DNA of 64,000 nucleotides from Camelus ferus (GCF_009834535.1 NC_045696.1:106394001-106458000), one strand, 5' to 3'. Shown: positions 1-13,890, counted from the first letter of the stretch. Program-made: numbers and translations. The notes: a model not told the origin generated them from the sequence alone.

Positions 1-29
1 CTGCAGTAGATGATGATGATATAGCCTAA
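1..29 (+). CDS. DBR1: 3' end of last coding exon of lariat debranching enzyme (…A-V-D-D-D-D-I-A-stop)
   Basis: Codons from nt 3: gca gta gat gat gat gat ata gcc taa. This matches the acidic C-terminus I recall for DBR1 (…AAVDDDDDDAA). DBR1 is the upstream neighbour of A4GNT in the conserved gene order. Only 8 codons are visible. Confidence 0.75.
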
Positions 30-264
30 GACAAGTTGCTTGTCTGAGTATTATATGTAGATATGTGATTTTTGAGACTATATTTTTAGAATTGGATTTT
101 TGACTCAAGACTTAACTTTGTAATAATGAAATTATATAAGAAACTTTTAGTTAGGTATCAACTTTATCTTTAGGCCTTTGTATGTTTCAGATAAATATTA
201 AAATTTTGTATATTACTTGATTAAGTACCCCCTTTTTTTGAGAATATTTATTATTCACTTTCAG

Positions 265-365
265 TTTTTTTCAGCAAACACTTAATGAACACCTACTTTG
301 TACCAGGCACTTTTCTATACGATGGCCCTACAAAGTTGACTAAGGGATTTTTGCCTTCAGGGAGT
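265..365 (-). mobile_element. L2 3'-end fragment in DBR1 3'UTR
   Basis: ttcagcaaacacttaatgaacacctactttgtaccaggcac resembles the reverse complement of the L2 tail. Confidence 0.55.
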
Positions 366-557
366 TACTACCACTGTAAATATATATTTTGATGTATAAA
401 ATATGGCATATTTATATTTTGTTTTACAGAGTTAAGTCATTATTGTATATATACTTATATATGCTTTCTTTTCATTTCTTACAAATATTTTCCCTGGTCA
501 GCTCTTAATGTCTGTCAAATATAACTGAAACTGAAGATGGTAGATCAGATTTCAGGA

Positions 558-563
558 AATAAA
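558..563 (+). terminator. DBR1: Candidate DBR1 polyadenylation signal
   Basis: AATAAA overlapping ATTAAA, about 530 nt after the DBR1 stop in an AT-rich UTR. Usage not shown. Confidence 0.4.
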
Positions 564-1189
564 TTAAATATTAAACATTGGTCAACATAAAATCTTACAA
601 TTAATTGCTGAGATTAGCATAACCCTGTTGACTTTTACATTTTATATTTAGCTTTAATTTTGATGTCTAGAGTAACTGTATAGGTCATTTGGGGCATGGT
701 TCAGCGTAGCGTTAATTACTAGCAGGGATCAAGTTGCACAAATGCTACGCCTCATGCTGCATAATGGATTGCTACTATTGCATCGTGTTTAAAGATCCAT
801 GTGGAGAAACTACACCTCTGTCCTGTCTCTGGTTAGAATGCCTGGGCCACTTGAGGAGACTGTCGCTCTGAACTTGGACCAGTAGTCACGGAATCCAAAG
901 ACTGTTCCAGGATCTCATCATCTCATGGCAGTCCAAATCCAGGAGCCAATATAAGAGAATTGTCATCTTGTCAGCATTTGATTCAAAAAAGGTTTAGGAC
1001 CATGGGGTTTTATCTTTATTGCCTTCCACTTTTTGTTTACTTTCTTTTTTTGAGTTAAGTAATTCACTGATTTAAATTCTCACATAAAGTATTTAAAAAC
1101 TGTTTCCCCCATCATTGATTTAATTGAATCCCATATATTCTGACACTTAGCGTTTCTTTTCCAGAAATTTTTAATCAAGGTAAAAACAG

Positions 1190-2435
1190 AAAATAATTAG
1201 ACATAAATAAGTAATACAGTTGATAAATGGTAGTTCTCTCATACACACACAGACAAAATCCTCTAGCTTACCTAATCAAGAAAGAGCATAAATACCAAAA
1301 AGTAAATAAAAGGGAGAAGTAGCCACTGAAGCAGGGTATTCAAACAAACATAGGACTACTTTGCATAACTTGGTACAAGTGAATTTGGTAAGTGAATGAC
1401 TAATTTCCTAGGAAAATAGAATATTTAAATTCATCCTAGTAGAGAAAGTGAAAATAATTTCTATAGAAGGAGTTATCAAGGGACTACTCCTGGTTCAGAT
1501 GGTTTCAGGAGAAACTTCCAAACCTTTTAAAGGCCAGATAATCCCTAATGTTAGATAAAGTGTTCCAAAATAGAGAAAATGAAGGAAAGTTCATAGTTTC
1601 TTTTAATAAAGCAAGTGTAACATTGATATCCAAATCTGATAAAGACTACTCAAAAAACCCACAAACCAATCTCACATATGAATATTGAGTCCTAACTTCC
1701 TAAATAAAGTATTAGCAAACAGAATCTATAGCACATTTTAAGACATAGCCTGACTGATACAAGGATGGTTCAATATCAGGAAGTCTGTTCATATATTCAC
1801 ACAGTAATAGATCTAAGGACAAACACAGTTATCCCCATGGATGATGAAAAGGCCTTTGACAAAGGTGAACACCCATGTCTGATTTTTTTTTTTAAGTAAA
1901 ATCTAGCATCTTGTTTAACGGAAATACTATAAGCATTCCCATCAAAGGAAAGTAAGCACAAAGTCAAGGAATAAGAGGAAGATATGTCTGCTACATTTCA
2001 ACACTCAATCAGTGAAAACAGCAAATCAGGCAAAAGAAAACAATGAGGGGCATCAGAATTGCAAAGGCAGAACCATCTAATACAGACGAGTGGAAAACAC
2101 CAGGATTTCAAAAACGAATACACCACTAAAGCAATATGTAAATAAAGTAATACAGCAAAGTAATAAGATAAAATTAATACACAAATCAATAGTTTTCACA
2201 CACAACTACAAGTGAGTAGCATTATATGAGCAAAAACAAAAAGCAATGCTTAATGAGAAATGTGTAAAACCTATAGTGAGGAAAACCTTAAAATACACTC
2301 GAAAAATGCAAAAGTAGACTTGAACTAATAGAAAAACATGGTGTTTTGTTTACCACGTACACCATAAACAACGTTAAAAGATACACAACAAACTGGAAGA
2401 ATACATTTGCAACTCAGATCACAGACGAAGGGCTT
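1190..2435 (+). mobile_element. Old degenerate L1 ORF2 fragments
   Basis: A-rich with L1 ORF2-like motifs (caaggatggttcaatatcaggaa, atgaaaaggcctttgacaaa). No intact ORF. Confidence 0.65.
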
Positions 2436-2439
2436 GTCA

Positions 2440-3192
2440 TTTACAATATTGCTTTAGTTTCAGGTGTATAGCAAAGTAGTTATATATATATATATTCAGA
2501 TTCTTTTCCATTATAGGTAATTATAAGATATTGAATATAGTTTCCTATGCTATACATTAATTCTTTGTTGATTATCCAGTTTATATATAATAGTGTCTGT
2601 TAGTTTCACACTCCTAATTTATCCCTCCCCCTGATCCTTTCCCCTTTGGTAGCCATAGTTTGTTTTCTATGTTTCTGTTTTGTAAATAAATCATTTGTAT
2701 TATTTTTTAGATTCCACATATAAGTGATACCATATAATACTTATTTCTCTGACTTAGTATGATCATCTCTAGGTCCATCCATGTTGCTGCAATTGGCATT
2801 ATTTCATTCTTTTTTATGGCTGAGTAATATCCTATTGTATATATTTACCATATTTTCTTTATACTTTCATCTGTTGATGGACACTTAAGTTGCTTTCATG
2901 TCTTGACCATTGTAAATAGTGCTGCTATGAATATTGGGATGCTTATGTCTTTTCAAATTAGACTTCCCTTCTTTTCTGGATAAATGCCTAGGAGTGAGAT
3001 TGCTGGATCATACAGTAGCTCTATTTTTAGTTTTCTAAGGAAACTCCATACTGTTTTCCATAGGAGCTGCACCAATTTACATTCCCACCAACAGTGTAGG
3101 ATGGTTCCCTTTTCCCCACACTCTAGCATTTATTTGTAGACTTTTTGATGATGGCCATTCTGACTGGTGTGAACTGATACCTCATTGTAGTT
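2440..3192 (-). mobile_element. L1 3' end (ORF2 end plus 3'UTR), antisense
   Basis: Hallmark L1 3' sequences in reverse (ttttagattccacatataagtgat, ccaatttacattcccaccaacagtgt). Confidence 0.9.
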
Positions 3193-3374
3193 ACCAAAAC
3201 TATATTTAAAAGGAATACTCAGATATACTTCCTCCCATTCTGAACTCCTTCACCCTGTTACTCCCTCTCCCACTTTTTTCATTAGTTTCTAGTTTATCCT
3301 AATATCTGAAATGGCGATATTGCAGGTGGACCTTTAAAGTGATCGAAACCCAAAACTTGTAAGTTGCGGAAGTC

Positions 3375-3787
3375 AAGGATTCTTGACCCGCAAGCATCAA
3401 TTCCTCTTTCTGGTGGTAGTACCACATTATGTCTTCGGGATTCACCCCTACTTACTACACTGGTGTTGCCCTCATCTGTCCAAGGATAGTCATGTGACTC
3501 AAATTATACCAGTTGGATGCTCCCTCCCTGGAATATGGATTTTGATCAGAGAGATAAAAAGATGAAAATGGTTGTCCCAATGGCAGTACCCAGACAAAAC
3601 TGTTGAGTAGTTTCTACTATCTACTCTACACCCTCAGAATTGCTCGTTTCTTAGCATAGTGTTTCAGCCCTCCTTTCACCTTCTAATCCCAAGTTCCCAT
3701 CTTGTCTCTTTCCACTAAATTCCCCTCTCATTTAATTTAGCCAGCATGAGTTTTGGTGCTTGCAACCTAAATACCCTGACTGAAACG
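3375..3787 (+). mobile_element. Ancient ERVL-class LTR (LTR16-like)
   Basis: Ends taaattcccctc…ttggtgcttgcaacctaaataccctgactgaaac, like LTR16-type termini. Confidence 0.5.
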
Positions 3788-3894
3788 TATGCTCCTGAAT
3801 GTTAATACACTTGTAATTGTAATAGGTGAAGAAAAAACAAAGTAAGAAACATAGGGCCCTCATCTATGGTGCTTTTAACTCTTCTTTATCAGCT

Positions 3895-4130
3895 TAGGCC
3901 ATTCATTTATTCATTCACTCAAGAAGTATTTATTGAGATAAATATGTCCCACTACACTACACAGTGATGCAATGAAGAGAAAAACCAGTCATAATTCCTG
4001 CTTTCATAGAGCTCGTAGGGAAGTTAATACTAATAAAATAATCACATCAATAATTGTGAAATTTCAACTACAGCAGTGTGACAAATGAGAGGAACATAGT
4101 GGTGCAAGAGCAAATCAAAGGGACATCTGA
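3895..4130 (-). mobile_element. L2 3'-end fragment
   Basis: cattcatttattcattcactcaagaagtatttattgag is an L2 tail signature. Confidence 0.65.
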
Positions 4131-5169
4131 ATCCCAGGTATTGTTTAATATAATACCTACTGGAGGCCTTGGTTCAAGCTATAAAATAAGAAAAGAAAAT
4201 AGATATAAAGGTTGGAAAGGAAACATTACTTGCAGACGATCTATATGTAGATAATCTGTATAGAAAGGAAAACAGCAAAATACAAAGATTCACACAAATA
4301 AACAAGATCAACAGAAGTTTACCAGAGTCAAAAACACTTTTAAAAATCACAGCATTTTTTCTAAAACAGCAATAAGCCTTAAGTGATAGAGACAACAACA
4401 CAGTAACAAGAAAAATGCAAACATTCCTGGAAAATAATATAACAAAAATGCACAAAATTTCCGTAAAGAAATACTGAAAACTGTATTAAAGGAAATAATT
4501 TACTATTTAAATAAATGAGGAAGTAGTCTAGGATTCTGGATGTGATAGCTTAACATTGTAAACATGTTAATTCTTGCCTGACAACAACTACCAATTACTC
4601 CAAACCACATGGGAGAAGATAACTGACTCCATCCTAGGAATTTAACAAATGTAGAAAGTTAAATTTTAGTATAAATTATAGTAGTGAAATTATAAAGAAG
4701 ATTCAAAATCAGTTCCTAAAAGTATACAAAAGTATAGTAATAAGGAAGAATGCTGTGAAATATTGATATGACCACTATCTTTACTTTTAATATATATAAT
4801 ATGGAGATGAAAGGCTAGGGAAGAACATCAAAGGATTCCAAAGCATTTCAGTTGCTTTTCTTTGTCCATTTTGGACTTCTCTACATATTAACTTATTGAA
4901 TACAAGGTGGGAAGTTCCTGGTGATTTCCTGAATTCTTCATTAGTAACTGTATCAAACTTTTGAACTCTCATCAAAAGGCTGTGTTCATCAGTCATTGCT
5001 GGGATACTCAATTGTTTTAATTTAAATTTTGGGTTTTTTTAAATTGCTTGTGTGTTCACATAGTACAGAATTCCAATAATATTAGGTGCATATGATGAAA
5101 AATCTATTCCTGTCTGTTTCCTAGTCACTCAGTTGCTTTCCCTAGAGTCAATCAATAGTTGAATTTCTC

Positions 5170-5458
5170 AAGAGGACACTAATGAACTCATTTACAAAAG
5201 AATTAGACTTGCAGACATAGTAAACAATCTTATGGTTACTGGGGGAAAAGGGATGGGAAGGGATAAGTTTGGGAGTTTGAGATTTGCAAATGTTGATCAT
5301 TATATATAAAAATGGATAAAAATTTTCTTCTGTATAGCACAGGGAACCATATTTAGTATCTTGTAATAACCTTTAATGAAAAAGAATATGAAAATGAATA
5401 TATGCTGTACACTGGAATTTGACACATTGTAACTGATTATACTTCAGTTAAAAAAAAA
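5170..5458 (+). mobile_element. 5'-truncated L1 tail with poly(A) and target-site duplication
   Basis: L1 3'UTR sequence ending ttcagttaaaaaaaaa, flanked by agttgaattt on both sides (~5157 and ~5458). Confidence 0.85.
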
Positions 5459-6269
5459 GTTGAATTTATTTTCCTACTCTATTTTGAGAATGATAGTGGC
5501 AATCCACACATTCTTTTCTTTCCGTGCTTTGTATCACTTAAAATATATATAGTTTGGAGATGAGTCCATGTCCGTGTATAAATTTCCTCCTTGTTTTTTT
5601 ATGGAAGCGTATTATTCCATTGTATGGATGTATCTTAATTTATTAAACCAGTCCCTTCTGATGGACATTGCATTCTTCCTAACCCTTTGAAAATAAACAC
5701 AGTGAAAATGAAAATATATGTCATTTCACTCATGTGCAACAAAATCTCTAGGATAAATTCTTGGTAATAGAATTGCTGGACAAGGATATATTGGTTTATA
5801 ATTTTGCTAAGTATGGCTTAACTGTTCTCTGCTGAGGCTGTACAAATTTATGCTCCCAGCAATCTGTGAGAGTAACTGTTTCTCCACACCTTTTCCAATA
5901 CCTTATGTTGTTAAATTTCACAGGCACTGAGAGATGAAAAATAGTATTCTAGGGCAGCTTTTAATTATCGTATGGATAAGACTGAATATCTTCATATATT
6001 GAAGTCTATTTGTATTTCTTTTACTGTAGACTGCCTGGTCATAGCCTTTCCCTAATTTTCTACTGGATTGAAGTTTAATTTCTTACTGATTTATAAACTT
6101 TTTATGTTAACGGGCAATTTGTTACTCTACTATTTGTCTCTGACTTACTATTAAGGAGTCTGTAATCACTGGGTTACAGGTCTAGGTCTTTTTATAAAAT
6201 AAAATGATAAAGTCAAACAAAACGCAGAATCAGAATACCTCACAAGATAAGTGTATAGTTACTGAATTA

Positions 6270-9200
6270 TTAGGTGAACACTCTTGTCATCCAGGTCACC
6301 CAGATGACTAGAACTTTGCCATTTACCCCAGAAGTCCCTCGAGAGCCCCATTCTGATCTCAATAACCTTCCTTCTTCCGAAAGTATCCATTACCCTGTCT
6401 TTTACAGTTATTACTTTCTTGTGTTTCTTTATAGTTTTTCACCTGTGGGCAATCCTATACTATAGTTTAGTCTCGTCCATTCAAAAAATTATGTCTTTAA
6501 GAGGTTTTTACTCTTCAGGATTTCACTCCACTGTTTCTTTTCCTTACACTTTTCAAATGAAGATTCCAGGACTTTTGATGTGTAGTCTTCCACAGTCTGG
6601 ATTTTGCCCTTGGTGCAGTTCAGCACGTTCCTTTATCCTCTGTTTTCCCTGCAAATTGGCAGCTGGAGCCAGATGCTTTATCAGACTTGGGGAAAATCCC
6701 TTTGAAAAGACCATAGGTGGTGCTGTGTTCCTTCAACAGCAGGCACACAACGTTTGGTTTTCTTTCTTTTTGTGATATTAGCAGCATTTGATGCTCAATG
6801 TCTAGATGCAGTAATTAATTGGGAGTTGAAAAATAGTGATATTCTAACACATAATGGAAAATATGAAAAATATACATGTACATATGTGTATAACTGCACT
6901 GCTTTATTTGCTGTGCACCTGAAACTGACATTGTAAATCGACTACACTTCAATTAAAAATTAAAAAAGAAAATAGTAATATTCTAATTCAATAATGTATT
7001 TTTCATTTACTAGTTGGAATATTTTTTTACTTTTGTTTTTTCTTGATTTTTTCTCTTTTCTCTTTTTTTTCTTCAAAAATTTTTTTGTATTTTTTTCTTT
7101 TTTGGGGAATTTTTAGAGTACTACTATTTTTACAGCTAATAACCAATAGTGCAATTTTATACAGGAAACATAGGATAAACGTTTGATTCTTTCTCTTACA
7201 AGTCTTCAGATAATGAATTGAATCCCTATCACAGTCCAAAACTGGTCAATCAGTTTTTAAAACCTATGGGTGAAAACATATTAAATAAGTTTCAGTCAGT
7301 TGCACTTTTGCCTTTTAAAGCTATGTGTCCTATTTTTGTTAGTAGAAACCCCTACTTCTGAGTCATTTTGACATGACTCTTTCCTTGCTATCTGGTGTGA
7401 AAATATACTCCAAACTCTTCTGTATTTTTTTCTTCTCAGGCATTAAATGAATCATTTTCCCCAAGAAGCCCCTGTTTCTCTTTGTGAGACATGATATTTC
7501 ATGACCACAATCTGGGTACAAGTGTTGTTGATTGTTACTGAATTGGTCATTGGTTCCAGGCCTCTTCAATGGACAGAGCTAGGAAAACTGTGCACGCGCG
7601 CACGCATGTGCACACACACACACACACCACTTCATGCATTCATACTGATACTTCCAATTCAAATTCAAGATTACAGGATGTTTCCCTTAACGTCTTATAT
7701 ATTACACCAATTTCTCCTATCTTTCACACCAGAAATCCTGATTTCAAGGACCTAGGGTAGAAGAGAATTAGAATTTCCTATAATGGCTCATTTACTTTAA
7801 CCTGTAATATGCACATACAAATCTCAGAAAAATACAGCTACTGAGAAGAGTAATTTTTTTGCATATGTGCTCTCTATTTTCTCCCCATTTCATTTTTTGA
7901 TTATTGATACAGTTAATTTTAAGTCTCTCATCTTATTAATTTTAAAAATTGCTCCTGCTTTTTGTTCACCTCTTCTTCCGTTTCTGGCTGATTTTGGATT
8001 AATTGAATATTTTGATTCAATTAATATTCAAAAATATGATTCAATTTTCTCTTTTGTTGCCTTATTAGCTATAAGCTTTGTTGTGTTATTTTAGTGGATG
8101 CTTTAGCATTTATAGTGTACATCTTTAAGTTATGACAGTTTATCAAGGATATTATACCACTTCCTACGGAGTGTAAGAACCTTATAATAATACACTTTCA
8201 TTGCTTCCCTCCCAGCCTTTATGCCATTTTGATACACATTTTATTTTTATGTGTTATAAACTCCAAACGGTATTACTTTGATTTTTATTTAAACAGTGAA
8301 TTATATTTTAAAGGAACTGAAATAAGAAAAATGCTTGTATGTTTATCCATGTAGTTACCATTTTTGGTGTTCTTCATTCCCTTGTACAGATTCATATTTC
8401 CTGGTATAATTTTTCTTCTACCTCAAGGACTTCATTTAACATTTTCCTGTGGTGCAGGTTTGCTCGTGATTAATCCTTTCAGCTTTTGTATAGCTAAAAA
8501 AAAAATCTCTATTTTGCCTTCAACTTGAAAGTTATTTTCACTGGGAACAGAATTCTAGGTTGACAGTTTGTGTTGTTGTTGCTGGTGCTGTTCAGTACTT
8601 TGAAATGTTGCTTCACTGTCTTCTCTTTTACATCGTTTTTGACAATGAAGGAATAATGCCATCCTTTCCTTAGTTCCTCTTTGTAATGTGAGGATTTTTT
8701 TCTCTGATTGCTTTTTAGAATTTTCTCTTTACCCTGGTTCTGAGCAATTTTATTATGATGTGTCTTGGTGTACTTTTCTTCATGCTTCTTATGCTGGAGG
8801 TTAGTTAATCTCTTGGATCTGTGGCTTTATATATATAATTTACATCAAATTTGGAAACATTTTGGCATTATTTTTACAACTATTTTCTCTATCACCACTC
8901 TCTGTATCCTTCTTCAGGGATTCCAATTACACATATATCAGACAGCTTGAGGTTGTTCCATAGTTCACTGACTGCTCTTCTGTTCATTTAAAAAAGTTCC
9001 TTTTTCTTTCTGGATGACTTCTATTGTTATGTCTTTCATATTTCTATTGCTATGTCAAGGATATTCTTTTCTTCTGCAATTTCAAATCTGTCACTTATCT
9101 CATCAATATATTGTTCATCTCTAACACTGTAGCTTTAATCTCTAGTTTAACTTGGGTCTTTTTTATACTTCCATGTCTCTTCTTAGCTTTTTGAACATAA

Positions 9201-9390
9201 TAATATTTTAATAATAACTTTTAATATTTTTTTTTTCTAATTTTAACATGGTTCAGTTCTGGGTTGGTCAACTGATTGGGTTTACTTTTCATTATAAGTT
9301 GTATTTTCCACTTCTTTGCATGCATGGTAATTTTGATCAGATGTGACACACTGAATTTTGCTTTCTCGGATGCTGGATATTTTTTCTTTA
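6270..9390 (-). mobile_element. Mosaic of old antisense L1M fragments (interrupted by a short sense L1 tail at ~6849-6967)
   Basis: T-rich degenerate L1-like sequence. The inner tail is flanked by aaatagt(g/a)atattctaa duplications. Confidence 0.6.
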
Positions 9391-9394
9391 TATT

Positions 9395-12265
9395 CTTTTT
9401 TTCCCTTCCAGTTTCATTGAGATGTAATTGACATAGAGGGCTATAGAGCTTAATGTGCACAGCATAATAATTTGACACATACATAGTAAGATGATTATCA
9501 CAATAAGTTTAGTGACTATCTAACATCTCATATAGATAGGAAAAAAAAGAAAAAGAAAAGAAAAATTTTTTTCCTTGTGATGAAAACTCTTAGGATTTAC
9601 TCTCTTAACAACTTACATATATACCATACAGCACTGTTAATTATATTTATTATATTGTACATTATATCACCAGTACTTATTTATCTTATAACTGGAAGTT
9701 TGTAACTTTTGGTTACCTTTATCCAATCCCCCTCCCCCACCTCACCTCTGATAATCACATTTCAGATTTCTTTTTCTGTAAGTTTGTTTGTTTTGAAGTA
9801 TAATTGACCTACAATACTATATTGGTTCCTGGTTACAACATAGTGATTTGATATTTCTGTACATTTCAAAATGATCGCCAGGTTAATTCTAGTTACCATC
9901 TGTCACCATAGAAAGATGTTACATTATTATTAACTTCATTCCCCACACGGAACATTTCATACCCATGACTCATTTATTTTGTATATGGAAGTTTGTACCT
10001 CTTAAGCTCCCTCATCTATTTCACTCATTCCCCCACCCCCTCCCTTCTGGCAACTATCAGTTTGTTCTCTGTATCTATGAATCTATTTCTGTTGTATTAA
10101 GCTTGTTTGTTTTGTTTTTAGATTCCACACATAACTGACATCATGTGGTATTTTTCTTTGCCTTATTTCACAGAGCATAATTCCCTCTGAGTCTATCAAT
10201 GTTATTGCAGATGGCAAGATTTCATTTTTGGGGGGGGGGGAAACTAGGTTTATTTATTTATTTTTAGGGGAGGCACTGGGGACTGAACCTAGGACCTTGG
10301 TATGCTAAGCATGTGCTCTACCACTTGAGCTATACCCTCCCCCAATTCTTTTTTATGGCTGAATAATATTCCATTGCATATATGTACCACATCTTCTTTA
10401 TCAATTCATCTATCAATGGATACTTAGGTTCTTTCCATAGCTTTTATAATTAATGCTGCAATGAACATAGGGGTTAATATATCTTTTTGAATTACTATTT
10501 TTGTATTCTTTGGAAAAATACTTAAAAGTGGAATTGCTGGATTATATACTAGTTCTGTTTTTAATTTTTTAAGAAACCTCTAAAATGTTTTCCAGGGTGG
10601 CTGTACCAATTTACATTCCCCCAACAGTGCACAAGGGCTTTCTTTTCTCCACATCTTCACCAACACTTGCTACTTGTTGTCTCTTTGATAATAGCCATTC
10701 TGACAGGTGTGAGGTAATATCTCATTGTGGTTTTGAGTTGCATTTTCCTGATAATTAGTAATTTTAGCATCTTTTCATGTTGTGTCACTCCCTTCTGACC
10801 TGAAAAGTTTCTGCTGAAAAGTCAGCTTATAGTCTTATGGGAGTTTCCTTGTATGTAACTAGTTGTTTTTCTCTTGCTGTTTTTGAGATTCTCTATCTTT
10901 AATTTTGCCATTTTAATTATAATGTGTAGACCTCTTTGGGTTCATCTTGTTTGGGACTCTGTGCATCCTGGACCTGAATTTTTGTTTTCTTTCCCCGGTT
11001 AGGGAATTTTCAGCAATTATTTCTTCAAATAAGTTCTCTGCCCCTTTCTCTCTCTCTTCTCCTTCTGGGACTCCTTTAATGCAAATGTTAGTATGCTTGA
11101 TACTGTCTCAGAGGTCTCTTAACCTATCTTCATTTTTAAAAAAATTTTTTTTTCTGTTCTGCTTGGGTGATTTCCACTATTCTGTCTTTCAGTTCATGGA
11201 TCCGTTCCCTCTGCATCATCTAACCTATGGCTGATTCCTTGTAGTGTATTTTTTATTTCACTTATTGTATTCTTTAGCTCTATTTGGTTCTTCTTTACAG
11301 TCTTTAACTCTCTGTTAAACTTCTCACTGTGTCCATCTATTCTTCTCCTGTATTTAGCATCTTTATGTTCATTACCTTGAACTCTTTATTAGTTAGATTG
11401 CTCATCTCCAGTTTGCTTCGTTCTCCTGGAGTTTTGTTCCTTCACTTGCAACATATTCCTGTTTCCTTAGAGGAGTATGTCAAAATGTCTCCCAATTTTG
11501 CCTAATTTTCTGAGTTCATTTCTATATATTAGAAAGATTGGTTATGTTTACTGATCTTGGAGAAGTGGTCTTATGTAGGAGACTCCTATAGGACCCAGCA
11601 GCACACTCCTCTCTGGTCACCAGAGCTCTAAGCTCTAGGGGTGCCAGCTGTGTGAGCTGTATGAGTCCTTCTGTTGTGATGGGGCTGCCTAATGTGGGTG
11701 CACTAGTAGCTGGGGCCAGGTCTTGGCATGGCTGGCTGTGTGGTCCAGGATGTTCCAGGCTGGTGCTGGCCTGCTGGGAGGTGGGCTGGGTCCCAGTGTG
11801 GCTGGGTGCATAATCTGGAGGGGGAGGCATCCTAGGTCTGGTGCTGGCCTCCTGATGTGCAGGGCTGGGCCCTGGTATGGTTGGCCATGGGGCCCAGGGA
11901 TTCTGGATCAGCTGGCTGTGGGCCAGAGGGGTCTGAGGCTGGTGCTGACCCACTGATGAGAAGATCTTGGTCTGGGGGTGGCTGGCTGTGTGGCTGGGGA
12001 GGCCCAGGACTGGTGCTGGCTGGCTGGTGAGCAGGGAAGCCCCCAGCTAGCTCCTTACAGGCTAGAGGGAGGACTCCAGCATGGTACTTGTCTGCACCTG
12101 TGTCCTTGTGGTAGACAAGCTCCCAAAATGGTTGCTGCCAGCATCTGTGTCCCCAAGAGGAGTCCCAATTGCCTTCTATCTCTCCAAGAGGATCTCTAAG
12201 ATCAGCAATTCGGTCTTACCCAGGGTCCTTTCCAATCACTGCTTCTGTGCTGAGACAGCATGAGT
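9395..12265 (-). mobile_element. Antisense L1: 3' end (9395-10780) joined to ORF1/5'UTR-like sequence (10780-12265)
   Basis: L1 tail and ORF2-end motifs, then ORF1-like reverse sequence (ttctgctgaaaagtcagct, cagcaattatttcttcaaat), then a GC-rich repetitive 5'UTR-like block. Confidence 0.75.
10230..10343 (-). mobile_element. tRNA-derived SINE (Vic-1-like) inserted in L1
   Basis: Reverse complement reads ggggagggtatagctcaagtggtagagcacatgcttagcat…ggtcctaggttcagtcccc, with Pol III A/B boxes. Confidence 0.85.
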
Positions 12266-12309
12266 GACCCATGCGGCTACCACACAACGACATGAAATAA
12301 TATATCACT

Positions 12310-12658
12310 GAGTTGTGCTGAGGCCACTCCTCCCACAGGCTTCTCCCAGCAGTGACAGTGTGTAGGAAGAATACTGAGGTGGACCCATTCCTGGGGGGCA
12401 CAGGACTCCTCTAGTGGCTGACTTTGGTTTGAGGACTCTCTAATGATTTTGCTGAATCTTCCCTGGACAAGGACAGCCTTGGGCAAGGCAGCTTAGGACA
12501 CTTCCACCCTAGCTTCTCTCAGACTTGCCCTGAGATTTGACAGATTTGACAGCCTTTCACAGCCCCTTCCTATGTTCTCTCACACTGGCATTTATCTTAA
12601 CAACATCCTTACACAGTATCATCTTGGGGTCTGCTTCTTGAAGGACCTGAACTAACAT
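12310..12658 (+). mobile_element. ERVL-class solo LTR relic
   Basis: Ends catcttggggtctgcttcttgaaggacctgaactaaca, an ERVL LTR-like terminus. Confidence 0.55.
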
Positions 12659-12949
12659 AGCTTGTACATGAAGATTAAGGAGAAAGAAGAGCTAATAATG
12701 ACTCCCTGAAGCCTAGACTCCACTCATGAGGAGCGCGTGAACTCAATGGCTTACTCCCAAGCAGGGCAGAGAGCAGCTGCCCGGTTTCCCACCACTGTCC
12801 CAGTGTGCACCCTAGCCTGAGCTGAGCAACTGCTCCAGTCCTGCTTCCTTCACACTGCAGCTCTGCACTGACCCAAAGACTGCCACCACTGGGGAGAGAG
12901 TTCAGTCATGGGACACAGAGGCAACTTAGACCCAGGGTGACTTCTAAGC

Positions 12950-13890
12950 ACTCACATAACTCAATATCATAAAAACAAACAACTCAATTAAAAAATGGGC
13001 AGAAGACTTGAACAGACATCTTCCCAAATATGACATACAGATTGCTAACAGGCACATGAAAAGATGCTAAGAAATCACTAATTATTACAGACATTCAAAT
13101 CAAAACCACAATGAAATATCACCTCACACCTGACAGAATGGCTAACATCAAAAAGTCTACAAATAACAAATATTGGCAAGGCTGTGGAGAAAAGGGAATT
13201 CTCATGCACTGCTGGTGGGAATGTAAATTAGGGCAGCCACTATGCAAAACAGTACAGAGGTTCCTAAAAAAACTAAAAATAGAACTAGCATATGATCCAG
13301 CAATTTCACTCCTGGGTATACATATCTGGAAAAAACAAACAAAGACACGTACCCCAGTGTTCATAGAAGCATTATTTCCAATAGCCAAGATATGGAATAA
13401 CCCAAGTGTCCATTAATAGACCAGTGTACATATATGTATGAAATATTACTCAGCCATAAAAAGAATGAAATTCTGCCACTTGCAGCAACATGGATGGACC
13501 TAGAGGCTATTATGTTTAGTGAAATAAGTCAGACAAAGACAAATAGCGCAGAATATCATTTATATATGGAATCTAAAAATAAAACAAATGAATGTATATA
13601 ACAAAATAGAAACAGACTCACAGATATAGAGAGCAAACTAGTGGTTACCAGTAAGGGAGAGGGAAGGGGGAGGGGCAAGAGAGGGGAATGGGATTATAAG
13701 ATACAAACTACTTTGTACAAAATAGGTGAGCAACAAGATTGTATTGTACAGCACAGGGAAATGTAGGTATTATTTTGCGATAACTTTAAATGGAATATAA
13801 TCTATAAAAATATTGAATCACGATGCTGTATACCTGAAACTAATGTAATATTGTAAATCAATTATATACTTCAATTTAAAAAAAAAGAAA
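12950..13890 (+). mobile_element. L1 3' end (ORF2 C-terminus plus 3'UTR plus poly(A))
   Basis: ORF 13111-13416 ([27 protein letters not shown]…HCWWECKL) is the L1 ORF2 cysteine-rich C-terminus. Ends in an A-tract. Confidence 0.92.

Noticed and set aside
11522..12263. Several overlapping 60-143 aa ORFs in a GC-rich block
   Set aside because: They lie in repetitive L1 5'UTR-like sequence and have no recognisable domain or splice structure.
13111..13416. 101-aa ORF with Cys/Trp motif
   Set aside because: L1 ORF2 C-terminal remnant, not a host gene.
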